From Isurus oxyrinchus (taxonomy: Eukaryota), in NCBI GenBank assembly GCA_026770705.1, contig JANJGN010000018.1, forward strand, positions 620,001 to 684,000: DNA of 64,000 nucleotides, read 5' to 3'. A model generated the notes under the pieces. It was not told the DNA's origin. It worked only from the letters and a program-made list of their open reading frames with translations, and did no database searches. Positions 11,610 through 24,989 of the stretch are shown one piece after another (positions within the stretch are counted from its first letter, which is position 1; the number at the start of each line of letters is the position of its first letter). The position numbers and the translations under genes were made by a program.

Positions 11610-12790
11610 GCACATATAGACATCTGAGATAGGAGCAGAATAAGCTATTCAGTTCCTCCAGCACTTTCTGTCATTCAATAACATCACGGCTGTTCTGTTT
11701 ACCATTCTAAGTCCACATACCTATTTAGCCCCGATTACTTATCCCCCTAAAATTTATTCACTTCCACCCTAGAAAAAATCAATTTGCACGCCTCTACCGC
11801 CTTCGGAAGCAAAGTTTTTCAAGACTCTCCAACTCTATGAGAGAGACAATAATATCATATCATCTCTATCCTAAAGTGCAATCATTTTTTTTTCAACAAT
11901 GCCCAATATTTCCTAGCATGGCAAAAAGAGGAAACATCATATCCACGTCTGCCTTGTCAAGACTGTCCAAATTACTTCAATCACACTCACTGTCATAGTA
12001 TCCAACAGGACCAAATCCATTATGTCTAAGTTTATTCGCGTAAGTCATTCCAGGCTTCAATATAGTAACCCCCTCTAAACAGTCTTCAACGCATTTCCAT
12101 TTTTGCTTACATATGGATATCTGAATTGCACACAGTAATTGGCATGTTGTCTCACGAATAACCCGTATAACTGAAACATTACATTCTTGCTTCATTTTCA
12201 TTTATCTCGTAGCAATGGGTAGCATTCTGTTAGCCTTCTCTATTACTTGCAACATATGCATAGTGATTTTTATTTTGTGATCCACGCACTAGAACACTTA
12301 GCTGCTTCTGCAGTTCAGAATTCTGCATCCCACCTCCGTTTAATTACTGCTCAGTTATTTCGTATTCTTCCCGTCAAAGTGATCAACTTCACATCTTCGC
12401 CCCTGATTATCCATCTGTCATCATTTTATCCACTCACCCAAGCTATCAATATTCCTCTGAAAACTCCAAATATCCTCATCACAACACACTTTCCTACCTA
12501 TTGTTGCGTAATCTACAAAGTTAATTATCATCACTGCACTCCATCCTTCTAAGCCATTCATATGTATTGTAGAAATCCAAGGCTTCATTTGTCTTCGTCA
12601 AAGACACCGCCAGACTAGTCACCTCTTCCTAATCAGAAAAACAATACCCATCTTAACATACTCTCTGCTTGATGCCAGACAACCAACCTTCTCTCCATTC
12701 GAATATGACTCTCCTGAAACCATGTGAATGTATTTTCTACATTTACCTTTGGTCTTGCTGTTTATCAGATGCATTCTGGAAATTTGCATT
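11610..12790 (-). mobile_element. CR1-type LINE 3' fragment
   Basis: Begins with the reverse complement of the CR1 3' tail (acatatagacatctgagataggagcagaataagctattcag...), followed by ORF2 3' sequence. Confidence 0.7.
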
Positions 12791-13104
12791 GTCTTGACAG
12801 TGTGCCAAAATTTACAGAGAGTGTTTCAGTATTTATGAAGATGTTTTCTCTTCCGAAGGGTAGAGCATTTGTTTACAGCAGAGTTAATTTTTCAGAAAGC
12901 TTTTCAGTATTAATACAAGGTGCCCTGAGGGTGTTTCACTCCAGAATTTCGCTCGACAGTGCGCCAGTAATTTCAGAGAGTGGCCCAAAATTGGGTCATT
13001 ATTTGAAGAGATTGCCTTAAAGTGACTCCATATTTACACAGTGTAGACTGAGAGGTTGACCACATTTACATAAGGCAACCCAAAAGTGTTTCTCCATTTT
13101 TTAA

Positions 13105-13460
13105 CTTTATTCTTCCATGGGATGTCTGCATCGCTGGCAAGAACAATATTTGCTGCCCATGCCCAATTGCTCTTGAACTGAATGTGCTAATTAATTACAG
13201 AGAACAGTTAAGATTCACCATTTATTTACGGTCCTGCAGCAACATGTAAGCCAGGGAGATTTCCTAACGAAAGGATGAGTGGACCAGATGTATACTTTTT
13301 AATTACAATCGATAATTCATCAATTTCACCATTTCTGAGACTAGCTTTAAAGTACTCGTGAAGAAAATCATTCGAATTACTCTAGCTGCTGTGTTGGAAA
13401 TTCTATCCATGCCCCAAGATCCTTAGTCTGGATCTGTCGATTAGCAGCACCGTCTCCCAT
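13105..13460 (-). mobile_element. tRNA-derived shark-type SINE
   Basis: tattcttccatgggatgtctgcatcgctggcaag...tgcccatgcccaattgctcttgaa tail and degenerate tRNA-like head near 13390-13460; homologous to 24465-24850. Confidence 0.6.
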
Positions 13461-14204
13461 GACGGTAGCCAGATAGTTTGTTAATAATTACACAAAGTGG
13501 TCTAAGAGAGTTTCATTATTTATAGCACGAGGCTGAGAGCTTGTCACTTTTCACAGTAGGTGATGTGAGTGTGTGGGAATATTTACACATGGTATCCCTA
13601 CTGTGTGTGTCTATCAGGAAAGGGTTACCTAAGAGTGCATTAGTAATTAAATATCTTTGCCTGAGGATATGACAATTTTTTACAAAGGTTTGCATGTGCT
13701 TCAAACAGTCTTCATACATGGTGGCCAGCAAACCTGTCAAAATTTACTGAGCGTTGCCCGGGAGCAAGCAAGTTTTCTCCTAGCGTGACAAGATAATTTG
13801 ATTATTTACAGATCGTGTGTTGGGAGTACAGCAATTGATATAGAGAATCTCCCGACAACCTGGCAGTATTTATCGAGCGTGCCCAGAGAGTGGATCAGTA
13901 TTTTGAATAGTTGACATGAGAGCGCTTTGGTGTTTTCAGAGCGTGAATGAAAATTGTGCTAGCATCTGCATTGTTTGTATCGAGAGCATGTCAGCATTTA
14001 CGCAGACTCAGTGAACATAATCATCTGTTTATTGCTTGTGTGTAGCTGCAGACATCACTATTTTTATTCCTCCTGTGCATCGATGTGTCTACATAACCTT
14101 TTTTTTTCCTTTTTTGCATTGCGTGTATGCATTTGCGTACACAGCCACTTGTTTAGTATGTTCTATGTTAATGGAATGGACATGAGTTTCAACTGCTGTG
14201 CGAG

Positions 14205-16880
14205 AATAGATTGCCAATCCACAGTTGCCCTTGGCAGGGTAATGCTGAGCCGCATTCCTGAAATGCTGCAGCACATGTGGTGTGGGAAAACAATCAGCGT
14301 TGTTACGAAGGGAGCCTTAGGATTCTGACCCACTGACATCGAAAGAGCGCCCAAAAACTTTGAAGTCAGATTGCTGAGTGACTTGGAGAGGATCTCCAAG
14401 GAGGTATTGTTTCCATATGCCTGTTGCTCCTCAGCTGATAATTGCTGAAATCTTTGTCTTGTAACTTGCAGTCGAAGGAGGATTTTGAACAATTGCTGTG
14501 CATTTTGTAGGTGGCTAATGCTACTGCTAATGTGTGGCAGTGGGGGAGGGAGACAAAGTTTGAGAATATGTTGCATTAAATTCGGGCAATTTTACCTCGA
14601 CTCTGTGAAGTTTCTTGAACGTTGTGGATGCTGTACTCCTCTAGGTAAGTGGGGAGTATTCCATCAGACTCCGGAATTGTGCCTTATTGATTTTGCACAG
14701 ACTTTGGGGGTCAGGAGGTGAGTTACTCGTCGCACTATTCCTAGTCTCTGACACGCTCTTCTGGCTTCAGTATATTTAAGACTAGTCCAGTTGTGTTTTT
14801 GGTGAATTGAAGCCTCCAGGTTGATGTTAGAGGGGGATTCGGATATTGTAATGCCATTAAACATCAAGGCACTTTGGTTGGATACTCTCTTGGTGGAGAC
14901 TTCCACTTTTCAGCCAACGTCTGGATATTATCCAGACCTTGGCGCAATTGGACGTAGACTGCTTCAGTAGGTGAAAAGTGGGGAATGGTAGAAAGCATAT
15001 TGCAATCATCAGTGAACATCCCATTTCTAGACTTATGATTGAAGCAAGGTAATTGATAAAGCAGCCGTGGATGGCTGGGATCCAGACATTACCCTGAGGA
15101 ACTCCTACGGTGTTGCCCTGGGGCTGAGATGACTGCCTGCTACCACGATGATAGACCTTTTTGCTACATATGATTCAAAACAATGGTGAGTTGTTCCAGA
15201 TTCCCTGATCCACATTCACTCCAGGTTTTCTAGGGATCCTTGACGCCACACTCTGTGTAATCTGGCCTCCAGGTCAACGGCAGGCAATCTCCTCTCAGCT
15301 TGGGAGTTCAGCTCTTGTGCACTTTTCTTACCCAAGTCTGTAATGAGGTCAGGAGTGGAGTAACCCTGGCAGAACCCAAGCTGGGCATCACTGAAGTGGT
15401 TATTGCAACAAGTTGCAATTGTTGGACTTTTGATGACGTCTTCGATCACTTACTGATGATGAGGAGTAGGCTGATGGGGTGATAAATGACCGGCATGGAT
15501 TTGTGCTGCATTTGGTGAAAAGGACACACCTGGCCAAATGTTGCACATTGCTGGGCAGATGCCAGTATTGCAGCAGTGTTGGAAAAGCTTGGCTAATGGC
15601 GGAGGAAGTTCTGGAACACAAACTTTTTTGCAATATTCCAGGAAAATTATCAGGGCTAATAGCCATTGCACGTCACACTGCCTTTAACCATTTCTTGGTA
15701 TTACGTGGATTGAACTGACTTGGATGAAGATTGGCATTTGTGAAGCTTGGGATATCTAGACGAGCCATACATGGATTATCCACTTGGCTGTTCTGAATGA
15801 AGATTATAGCAAATGTTTCAGTCTAATGTTTTTCGCTGAAGTGCTGGGATACTCCACCTTTATGGGTGGGGTTATTGTGGTGTGGCATCGTACAATGTGT
15901 TCCTTAATATTCCACTGCCATTTATGACTGGACATGGCAGGAGCACAAAACGTTGAATCGATTATTTGGTTGTGGGATCACTAAACTCTCTGTATCACTG
16001 GCTGACATACAGCTTTGCACGGAATTAGCCCTGTTCTAAAGCTTCACATGATCGGCAAAATAATTTCCTTTAACCTGGTGCCACTCCTGGCTTGTCATCC
16101 CACACTTTTCAGTGAGTCATTGTTGGTCGCCTGGCATAATTGTTTAGGAATAGAGGGGATATTCTGGTTGATTGAATAACTGATTGTATTCAAGTACATT
16201 TCTGCCCTTGTGCATGGCCCAAGGCGCCTCATGGATACCCAGTCTTGAAATGCTACATCTGCTCGAAATCTATCCCATTTAGCATGGCGGTAAGGCCGCT
16301 CAATAACATGGAGGGTATCCTCAATATAAAGCCTAGCCTTTGTCTTCATAAAAATTTTGTGGTGTTCACTCCCACTGACTTTAAGATGGATGGACACATC
16401 TGCGTCAGTTAGGTTTGTTAGAATGAGTTCAAGATTGTTTTTTTCCCGCTTGTTTGTAATACCCCCACTGCCACCCCCACCCTCACCTGCTGTACACCCA
16501 GTCCAGCATCTATGCCGTTTAGGACTTGGACAGATTGATCAATAGTGTTGCTACTGAGACATTCTTGGCGGGATACACTGAAGTCCTAAACCCGAAGTTC
16601 ATTCAACACACTTACAAGTCTCAGTGCTTCCATCATGTGGTGATTGACTTGGAGAAGTACTTATTATTCAACTAAGGGAGGGTGGTACGCGGTAATCAGC
16701 AAGATGTTTCCTTGCCCACGTTTGTGCTGATGCCACAAGTATTCACATGTTCTGAATTCGATGTTGAGGACTCCCAGTGAACTCCCTCCCGTTTGTATAA
16801 CTCTGTACCGCACCTCTGCTGGTTCTGCCATGTCAGTGAGACAAAACCTAACCAGGGATGGTAATGGTTATGCCTAAAAC
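14205..16880 (-). mobile_element. CR1/L2-group LINE, long decayed ORF2 (endonuclease C-terminal part, RT, 3' tail)
   Basis: ORF 15216-15449(-) FSDAQLGFCQGYSTPDLI...ELNS...VDLEARLHRVWRQG; ORF 16095-16397(-) YRHAKWDRFRADVAFQDW; 3' tail shared with the SINE. Confidence 0.8.
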
Positions 16881-16904
16881 ATTATTTGCACGAAAGACAA
16901 ATGT

Positions 16905-17420
16905 ACTTGGTAAAACAGCGCTGTTCCGACAGCATCTGCGGAGAGGAAAGCAGTAACCATTTCCATTCTGTTTGACTCGTCATCTGATCTAGGAAATATA
17001 GAAATGTGGTGAAGTCTAAACAAGTTTCGAGGTGGGGGTCGGTGGGACATGCAGAGCTAGATAAGGGTGCTGTGATAAGTGGAGGCACATAAGAGATTGC
17101 CAAATATGTCATGGGCAAAACGATAATGGGCTGTTCACGGTGGTAAATTTGATAAAGAAGGTGCTGATGGAGGCAACAATGGTAGAAAGTAGGAAGGGCA
17201 AGTGACAAAAAGCTTTAATTGGTGTGTGGAGGGGGAAGTGATCGAACTATGCTAAAAAGTGGAGATAAAAACAAAATTTACCTAAATTTAAAAATAAAAG
17301 AAATAGGTGGGAAATGAAAAAAAAACAATTCTTTATTAATTTATTATTTTATAAAATTATGTATTATTTTCCCACCTATTTTCATTATTTTTAAATTTAT
17401 TTCCATCCATTATCTAAAGT
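16905..17420. mobile_element. Penelope-like terminal-repeat remnant ending in an AT-rich inverted repeat
   Basis: gacagcatctgcggagaggaaagcag resembles the 55.3-kb repeat arm; 17283-17314 and 17368-17400 are inverted copies. Confidence 0.45.
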
Positions 17421-18029
17421 TCGCTTTGGACTTTGTATTTTGTAAGCATGAGAAGTTTGGTTATGGCCTGTGCCTATCGCAGTGTGCACAATTTTACAAT
17501 CATTATGTTTAACAAAATGCAGCAAAATCTGGGACACACGGCCTAGACGCCAATAATTGCATTGCCCTGATATTCATTTACTACGCTACTAACTTGTGCC
17601 TTCTGCTGAAGTCTTTTTGGTTGGACAGCAGCATTCTATTCATGGAGTCACCTCACCTTTTGCTACTACATACTAGGAGTGTGAATCAGCTATCCGCACT
17701 TTTTGCTTAATTGTATGAGGCGCCTGTCCCTTCCAGGGTAATGTGAAATTGGCTGGGAGCTTTTCAGAGCCAAAGTTGAAGAGAAATTTCTGAATTTGCA
17801 TCATGTATAGCGTGAAAAGATCTACTCAGAATAGGCATTATGCAGCAGGAGCCCATGATGCGCCACATTTTACCATCAAACCCAGATTTTGAACAAATAT
17901 TTCATGCCCTATTTATAAGTTTGCCAACATGACAATTCTTACACCGTTTGGAACGCTAAGAGCCCCAATGCATTGATGTACCAGTAACGGTCAGCATGTG
18001 CTGGACGGTGATACAATGAGATTTTGCAC

Positions 18030-18545
18030 CTTCTCTTTAGAATTAGCTTTGCCTTACTTTGATGTTCCTTCTATTCTTTCCAATTGCCCGGCGTTGCACC
18101 AGCCTTTCCTTAATCATCCGGTTTACCTCAAAGCTTGCTAGTGGTCTTTAACTATTCTTAGTTAAACATGGCTCTTTGAATTTTCCTTACACTTTGCAAT
18201 TTATATATTCTGTTTACTTTGAAATATCAGGTCACATGTCTGCAGCTTAACGCATTTTGACCCAACACATAACTTCATTTTCCAGTTCCCTTTAGCTAGC
18301 TTTTCTTTCATGTCATCAAAATGACCCCTATTTAAGGTGAAAACAACAGTCTTGAGCGCACAATATTCTTCTTCAAAAATATTATAAAATGCAATCATAT
18401 GATCACTGATACCACAGGCTACGTTCACTCTGAGGATGTCAATTGGACATATCTCGTTTTGCCATACCTGTCTTAGCGTTACCTGCTCCCGGGTTGAATC
18501 CAAAATGTGCTGTTCTCGGAAAATATTTCGGTATCATTGTACAAA
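18030..18545 (-). mobile_element. CR1 ORF2 endonuclease/tether fragment
   Basis: ORF 18201-18503(-) TREQVTL..V..NE...GISDHMIAF...LNRGHFDDMKEKLA..NW carries the AP-endonuclease SDH motif in CR1 context. Confidence 0.7.
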
Positions 18546-18549
18546 CTCC

Positions 18550-21500
18550 TTGGGTGGAATCATCCTAGATTTGTGGCTACAAGGAAAGGTGGTTTTATAA
18601 CTTCAGGCTGCAATGGCGGTTTTTCACGCTGTTCCGAACCAATTATACCTCAACAATTATGCATTCGTGGGAAACATTTTGCTCTCATTGCTGACCAGCT
18701 CTCATTCCACCGCCGTGCTGTCACCTCAAAGCCTTCTTCACGGAACGCACCATGTTTCAAGTGTGGCCACGTGTCCACTTCTCTGTGCTTCGAGCCCAGG
18801 TCTTCCGCATGGAAGACATGGTACCTAAACTGAAGAAGACTGCAAAGCCGCGGTTTAATACCACATTCCTCAACTGTATTTTGGAGTCCTGTTTAATTGC
18901 TCTCGCAAGAGAATGAAGAGCGACATCACCAAGCCGAACTGGGAGGCGGATTCACGGGTGATTAGCGGCAAAGTCACTCAAAAGAAGAATGCCACCCATT
19001 GCTGAAAAATAATGATTGATCTCCTCCAGGGAAACTAATTCACCTCCTCACTCTCAGCTCACCAATTGCACATTCACAGGACCGTCCATAACCACCAGGT
19101 AAAGCAATAGCATCACTCACTCGCACACGCACACCTTCATTGTTCCAAACTGGCACCTGGGAGGCGCCCTGTTTGCACCCTCTCCACGCATATTCATGCA
19201 GAAAAAGATGGCACTAAAAAACAGGGAAGGGTCTCAGGCTGGTGGAGGAATGTCTGAAATCACTTTCCTCACGACATTGCAAACAGAGACATCAAGTTGG
19301 CCAGCGAGGAACTGGACCGTTCCTGTTATCACGATGATGTCGGCCCTACACTACAATGTTATGGCCCACCATTGCAAAATGTATCCAGCAACTATGCTGT
19401 GATGGATGGGAAACAGCTGAGGTTTCTGATGACCCAGAGTTTGCAATCAAGCCATGAATAATTATCTGAAGAGTTTTGTGAATTTACCTTCATTGCAGGC
19501 CTGTCACATTCCTCACCAAGATCCTTCAATTGTTCAGATCCACACAATTCTGTGGAAAGTTTTTCTAGAATAGCCTCGGAATCACAATGCAGTAAGCAGA
19601 TCGCAAATATGATTCAAAGCAGGCCGGCACAGGAGTTCCCCAGTCTCCCAAAAGATTGTGGCATGCTGGAGGGCAGTAATTTGTTTTTTTCCCAGTCAGA
19701 TGATGGGCCTCTGGACTAGTTTCTCTCAAAATTGCTGGACCCTGAAGTTCGAGATCATCAGGAAGGGATGCCTGCTGCCTGCAACGATGGATGATCCAAT
19801 CACGTTTCAGGCTGAGTAGCCATGCTCTGAGTTCTATAGTGATATATTAGAATGAAACATGGACGCGTTGGTCCAGGAAGTATGCCTTGCACTGCAGTGT
19901 GAGTTGTTATCCAACTCTGATGTGATTGTTGTCCTCCAAAAGTGTGTCCCCAGGAGAGGTGTTGGAAAGAAAGATAACTCAAACTGACCCTCCCCTTCAT
20001 GCAGTTAAGAGTGGGCGTTTGGGAGCTGGATCAGAAAGGGGCAGGTAATTCCTGGAGCTTCTGTACCATCCGAATCGCCTGTTGCAGTAACCACAGCTGC
20101 TTCAGTTCCAGAGTTTGAAGCTGGTGCCATGTCAAAAAAGCAGGAGCCGGAAAGCATGGAGTTAGCCACTAGCTCTCGGCCTTCCGGAGCAAATCCAAAA
20201 AGGTCAAGCAGAGAGGGCTATGCTGTCGGCTGATTGCCTGCACCACCGGTGTTGGTGACAGTGGAGCGCGAAGACATAGCAGCAGGCTTGGAAATATTAT
20301 GAAGATGTAATTGCACACCCTTGTTTCGAACGTTTACAACATATACATCGTGTTCACTTTTGTAAATTAACTAGCAAAATTGTTATGAGGAGTGATCGTG
20401 ACACTCAGAGATGAATACTTCTTTCCTGCAAGAACATATAACCTATTCTCTCAACCATTGCCTCTTATATGTGTTTTATGCACCCTTCAGATCAAACTGA
20501 TGGTCCGACCTCACCCTCTCTGGAGACCTTTCCGATGCCTGCAAGCTTATTATCCCTGCCAGGACGTCGTGGGCAGTCGTCACAGAGATCCTTTAATCTC
20601 TCTGGATGCCCAAAGGGCCTTTGAAGTGATGCTCGCCCCCCATATCTTCAGCACATGTGACCAGTGGTACTGTGATCCTGATGGGGTCAGGTCTTGAATG
20701 CTGGCAAACCAGCAGGTACATTTGATGTTTTACTTCTGCATTTCCATGATATGACTCGGAAAAGAGAATACAATTGAGTTGCCCATGGCCATGCGAGAGT
20801 CAGAAATTCGCAGGGAAATTCTGAAGATCTATGGAGTGTGCTCACTAGATGCAGTCATCATCCTCAAGCAGTCGAGCGACCATTAAAATATGATCTGTGC
20901 AATCATGTGGTAGCATAATCAAAGAGTTTAACTGCTCTGTCATTAGTATGACTGAATTCAAATGATCACAAATGCTATGTGTGAATCGATCTTGTCTCCT
21001 CTCTGCATGTCGTCATCACCCTCCTCAGATACAGCCACTCTGAGTGAATCCTGATTGCATTTGCCTCGCCTGAACAATGCCGGTGCCTCATAGGAATTGG
21101 AATTGCCTTTGAGGAACTGATCACCTCCATTACAGTTGAATCCTCCTGTTTGGAGGAGACGTCTGTCTCTTCATGTTTTTGTCGCTCCTCAGCCAGCTCT
21201 TCTCCCGCTGAATACACAACTTGTAAAGTGTGCAGCAGCTGTCAGTGATGAGTGACACCGTCTGCTTACTATATTGCAGGGCACAACAAGACGCTTCCAG
21301 GCACCAGATCCTCATTAACAGCACCACCATGATTTCATCCACCATGGATCGAGCCACAGCATTTGCCTCGTTATTATTTCTCTCTGCTGATGCTTCGACA
21401 AAGGTATCATGAGCAAGAACATAAGAGGTAGGCCTTGTCCCCGAGAAGCCAACACAGCAGCCTCTACGGAGTCATGAAGGAGCCAGAGTTCTGTGAGTGA

Positions 21501-23320
21501 CTGAGCTTGTAGACTTCATGGGATCTCTCGGAAACAATGTGCTGGCTTGCATGATGGGCCTCCCATGGATGCATGCCAGTTCAATCGTCAGAGAATGGGT
21601 GTTCTTGACATTGACAGAGCCGGCCGCTTTTTCTGAATGATATCTGAGCACCATGTGAGTTCACTTGATGCCACACTGCATCTGTGAGAAAGTTAGCAGC
21701 TGGAAATTTCTAATAAAACTTGCATATTGGCTCATTTGCACCACAGCAAAAATGGTATCCGTTACCCAATGGATATATTTGTCTGTGGATGCTCGTAGGA
21801 ACCCACGGATTTCAACAGTTGATCCCTGAATGGAGCCATTGGCAAAGAAATAGAGCATACCGTGACATTTATAGTGTGAGCAGTGAATACTCTCCATGTC
21901 TCAGTGGCGCCAAATCCAAGGGAACGCGGAAAGTTTGAATGGTCAAAGCCTTGTGCATGTACACTCATTGACGACACTGGTTGTCGGTCATCATCAGGAA
22001 TGAATGGGGGCGATTATGGACAGTGGTTCCATCCCGGTGCCAATTGCTGACTGTGGATCTTCAACGTCGCTTGCAGGAACTCAGGCCGCCCTTTCTTCCT
22101 TGGAGTGATGCAAGACCCTCGACATAGCAAGGCGCACAATCCCCTGTCTTCTCCAGCTTCTTCCCAGTCGTTTCCCCACTGCACATACAGCAGCTCATGA
22201 TGCCTCATGCCTCTGATTTAATCCATCTGCAAGTTAAAACAGAGAAAAGTATGTTTTGGATTGTGTGTTCTAATAACTTTTCTTGGTTAATGCTGATGAA
22301 CCCTGAATGCATCGTGGTGAATGCTGGACACTGCTTGGATGGCCTGAATTTTCTATGCTGTGTGGTTGTCCGAAATACCGCCTTTCTGCACCCCAGTTCA
22401 CCAGGCCACTTGGTGGCTGATTCACCCAGAGGACTGTATGCTGTGCTCTCAGCTCAGGCTTAAGACTTCTCTGAATCTAAGCTGCGTGACGTTAGCTTGA
22501 ACCAAGCGGGATGCATGGCAAAACCAAGATGTTAACATTGTAAAGGGCTGTGAACGCCCTAAAAGTGATTGTACCCTGTCCAAGTTTTGCATGGAGATTG
22601 TAAAATTGGCTGACCAATAAAACTGTTCTTCAGGCTAAGAAAAGGCCATTAATTGAATTTTTATACCGAGGTTTGAAAAGCCCTGGAATACCTGGAAGCA
22701 CGTTCGGTGTCTGTTAGTTGAATGGGCATATCAGCCACATGCCTGACTTGTAGCATGCCAAGTATTCGATTACACTTATTCGTTACTACTTCCCTGAACA
22801 CAAAACCCCGAAAAAAATGCTTAAGCTTGTGCACTAAGACCAAGTGCTTTGGAGGCCTTTCAACCTGAAGCCCCCCGCCACCACACTGCCAGCACACCTC
22901 AAAACAGGTTGTTGCGGCCCCCACCTCGCCTCAACAGCAGGGAAGACCTTATATCCACAAATAAAAATCTCAACTTTGACGTTCATCAGGAGAACATCAT
23001 AAGTAATCCTATTTTTACTGCGCACTCACCTCGAACTTCAGCCCACTTATGCACACCTTATATTTGCCATTGTGAAGCACAATTGAAAATATATGGCATG
23101 GCGATGATTCCAGTTGGCTGGAATAATAATGATGTGCAGGCACATTTCAATGAGCTCCCTGACGTCCTAAGAAAACGTGGCCATCTATTGACGGGCAGAG
23201 TGAGTAACTGCCAACTTGTTTCACTTTGATGTGAAAACAATTGTTGGCATTATTGTCACTTTATCTGTTCACAGCGCTGAACATGCCCGACGATATTGTG
23301 TGCAGAATCTTCCTACCCAT
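18550..23320. mobile_element. Decayed PIF/Harbinger DNA transposon 1 (Myb/SANT on +, transposase on -)
   Basis: Myb/SANT-like TKPNWEA.SRVISG...KNATHC*KIMIDLL at ~18930-19030 (+) and HARBI1-like transposase on - at 21.05-22.25 kb; termini uncertain. Confidence 0.7.
21050..22250 (-). pseudogene. Harbinger DDE transposase remnant
   Basis: LYFFANGSIQG..EIRGF; VNVKNTHSLTIELAC (NRKGFHSLNVQ-like); LLGDKAY (~21430-21450); R..VDE...LLMRIWCLEAS..ALQYS...SCCTLYKL. Confidence 0.8.
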
Positions 23321-24464
23321 CTCAACACAATTAAAATTTCTCCCTTTAATTAACATTGTCTCTTCTCTTCCTTTCCCCCTAATGTACCGCATGGACGTGA
23401 CTTGAATGAATTTTATTTGATGCGTGCCGCTCTGTTTCACCAATCCTTTTCTATCTTCCTGAAGCTAATTACTGCCCTCCTATCTGATTAGAGGATCCAG
23501 CAATCTGTAATGAGGCAGGTATAATAACTGATCTCATAGTAAATAATCTTGTTGGGAACAGCGTAGAAAATAGAAGATAAATCCACGTGCACCTATAACA
23601 TTGTAATCATACACATTCCTGTAACTTCAATCTTAGGTGATTCCTTATTATATCATTTTTCTGAAGAGGATTTCTGACAGATTTCACCACTGAAGTCTCA
23701 GCATCCATCTGTTTTGGTTAAAGCGTCGAAAGAGAAAGCTATATGATGTTTATCCGTAATTAATTTATGATTGGATTCTGATGTGTGAAGCAGTACATCT
23801 TCAAACTTAATCTAATCAGAAAACTTTGCAAACTCCCCCGGTACCCATAGACACCCAAACAAGCTACAAGCAAAGGAATCTCTATATAAGGACTTTCATG
23901 GAACCTGCCATGTGTTCAATATTAGGTTCAGGTAACCTCAGTTTCTCAGTGGGGTACCCAGACCCTGCACATCACAGGGAATCCGGTTAGATTTTAGCTT
24001 GCTGCCTGAACTTAAATATCGTGCAGTGAGAATTTTTTTTAAATGGAGCTGGAAGAGCAGGAGGATGGGAGCCTATCACTGAAAGAGGAAGAGAAGGTTG
24101 AGTAGAAGGAAAAAGTGGATAAGGTTGGGGATGAGGATAGTAAGGCCTAAAGGCCAAGGAGAGACCCTGGAGATGAGGTGCTGGATGTTCCCTGTGACAG
24201 GCAAAGGAGACCATGCCGGACGTCATCGTTGCCAGAGACCTATTCACCTGACATTCCTTGGAAAAGAGTGAGCCAATTCCTCGAACGGAGAGTAAGGATT
24301 TCAAAACACGATGGACAGGGCATTATATCCATCATGTTATACTGGAGGATGGTTTAATGTATGCGCAACACAGATTTTCAGTGACTGAATAATTACTCAT
24401 GACCACATTGTGATTTCATCATCATGTGAAAAGAGTCTTAATTTTAGGTATTAAAATTTTGGTT

Positions 24465-24850
24465 TAATTCTTCATGGGATGTGGTTGTGTCAGTTGCAAG
24501 GGCAGCAGCTATTGCCCATTTCTAACAATCGTTTTTTTTAACGGAGCCACTTGCTAGGCTACTTCAGAGGGCTGTTAGAGTCAACCACATTGCTGAGGTT
24601 CTGCAGCCACATGTCGGCCAGGCCGGGTAATGGCGGAAAATTTATTTTCCAAAAGCACTCTGGTGATGCAGATGGATTTTTCCAATGAACAATGATGTTT
24701 TCATGCTCAGCATTATTTGAACCGGTACTAAATTCCAGATGTATTAATTTAACTACAATTCCACCAGCTGCCGAGGAGTGAATGAACCCTTTGCCCAGAC
24801 CTTGACGGCTGAATTGCATTTTCAGTGACAGTTTCCCCATACCTTCAACG
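24465..24850 (-). mobile_element. tRNA-derived shark-type SINE
   Basis: ttcttcatgggatgtgg...tattgcccatttctaa...gagtcaaccacattgctg...ccaccagctgccgaggagtgaatgaaccc; collinear with 13105-13460. Confidence 0.65.
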
Positions 24851-24989
24851 GATATACGATAAATACATTTCTGGGCATTGCATAACTATTCTATACACAA
24901 CTGTGAACCAATTAGTTCTCGTACTACCGCAGTGTCCTCCACTCACAAACACTCCCATCTAACTTTCCGATTGCTCCTTTGGAGGAGTT

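Larger units (their letters stand above)
11330..14015. repeat. Highly degenerate ~31-32 bp tandem repeat in three blocks (11330-11605, 12795-13095, 13465-14015)
   Basis: A unit resembling gagagtgtgtcagtatttacagagggtggcct recurs at ~31-32 bp spacing; the blocks are separated by a CR1 and a SINE. Confidence 0.6.

Noticed and set aside
11330-14015. CRISPR-like periodicity
   Set aside because: Units are contiguous and degenerate with no unique spacers and no cas genes, in vertebrate context.
21050-22250. Domesticated HARBI1 host gene
   Set aside because: Multiple stops, frameshifts and degenerate catalytic motifs; paired with a decayed Myb ORF as in a transposon.
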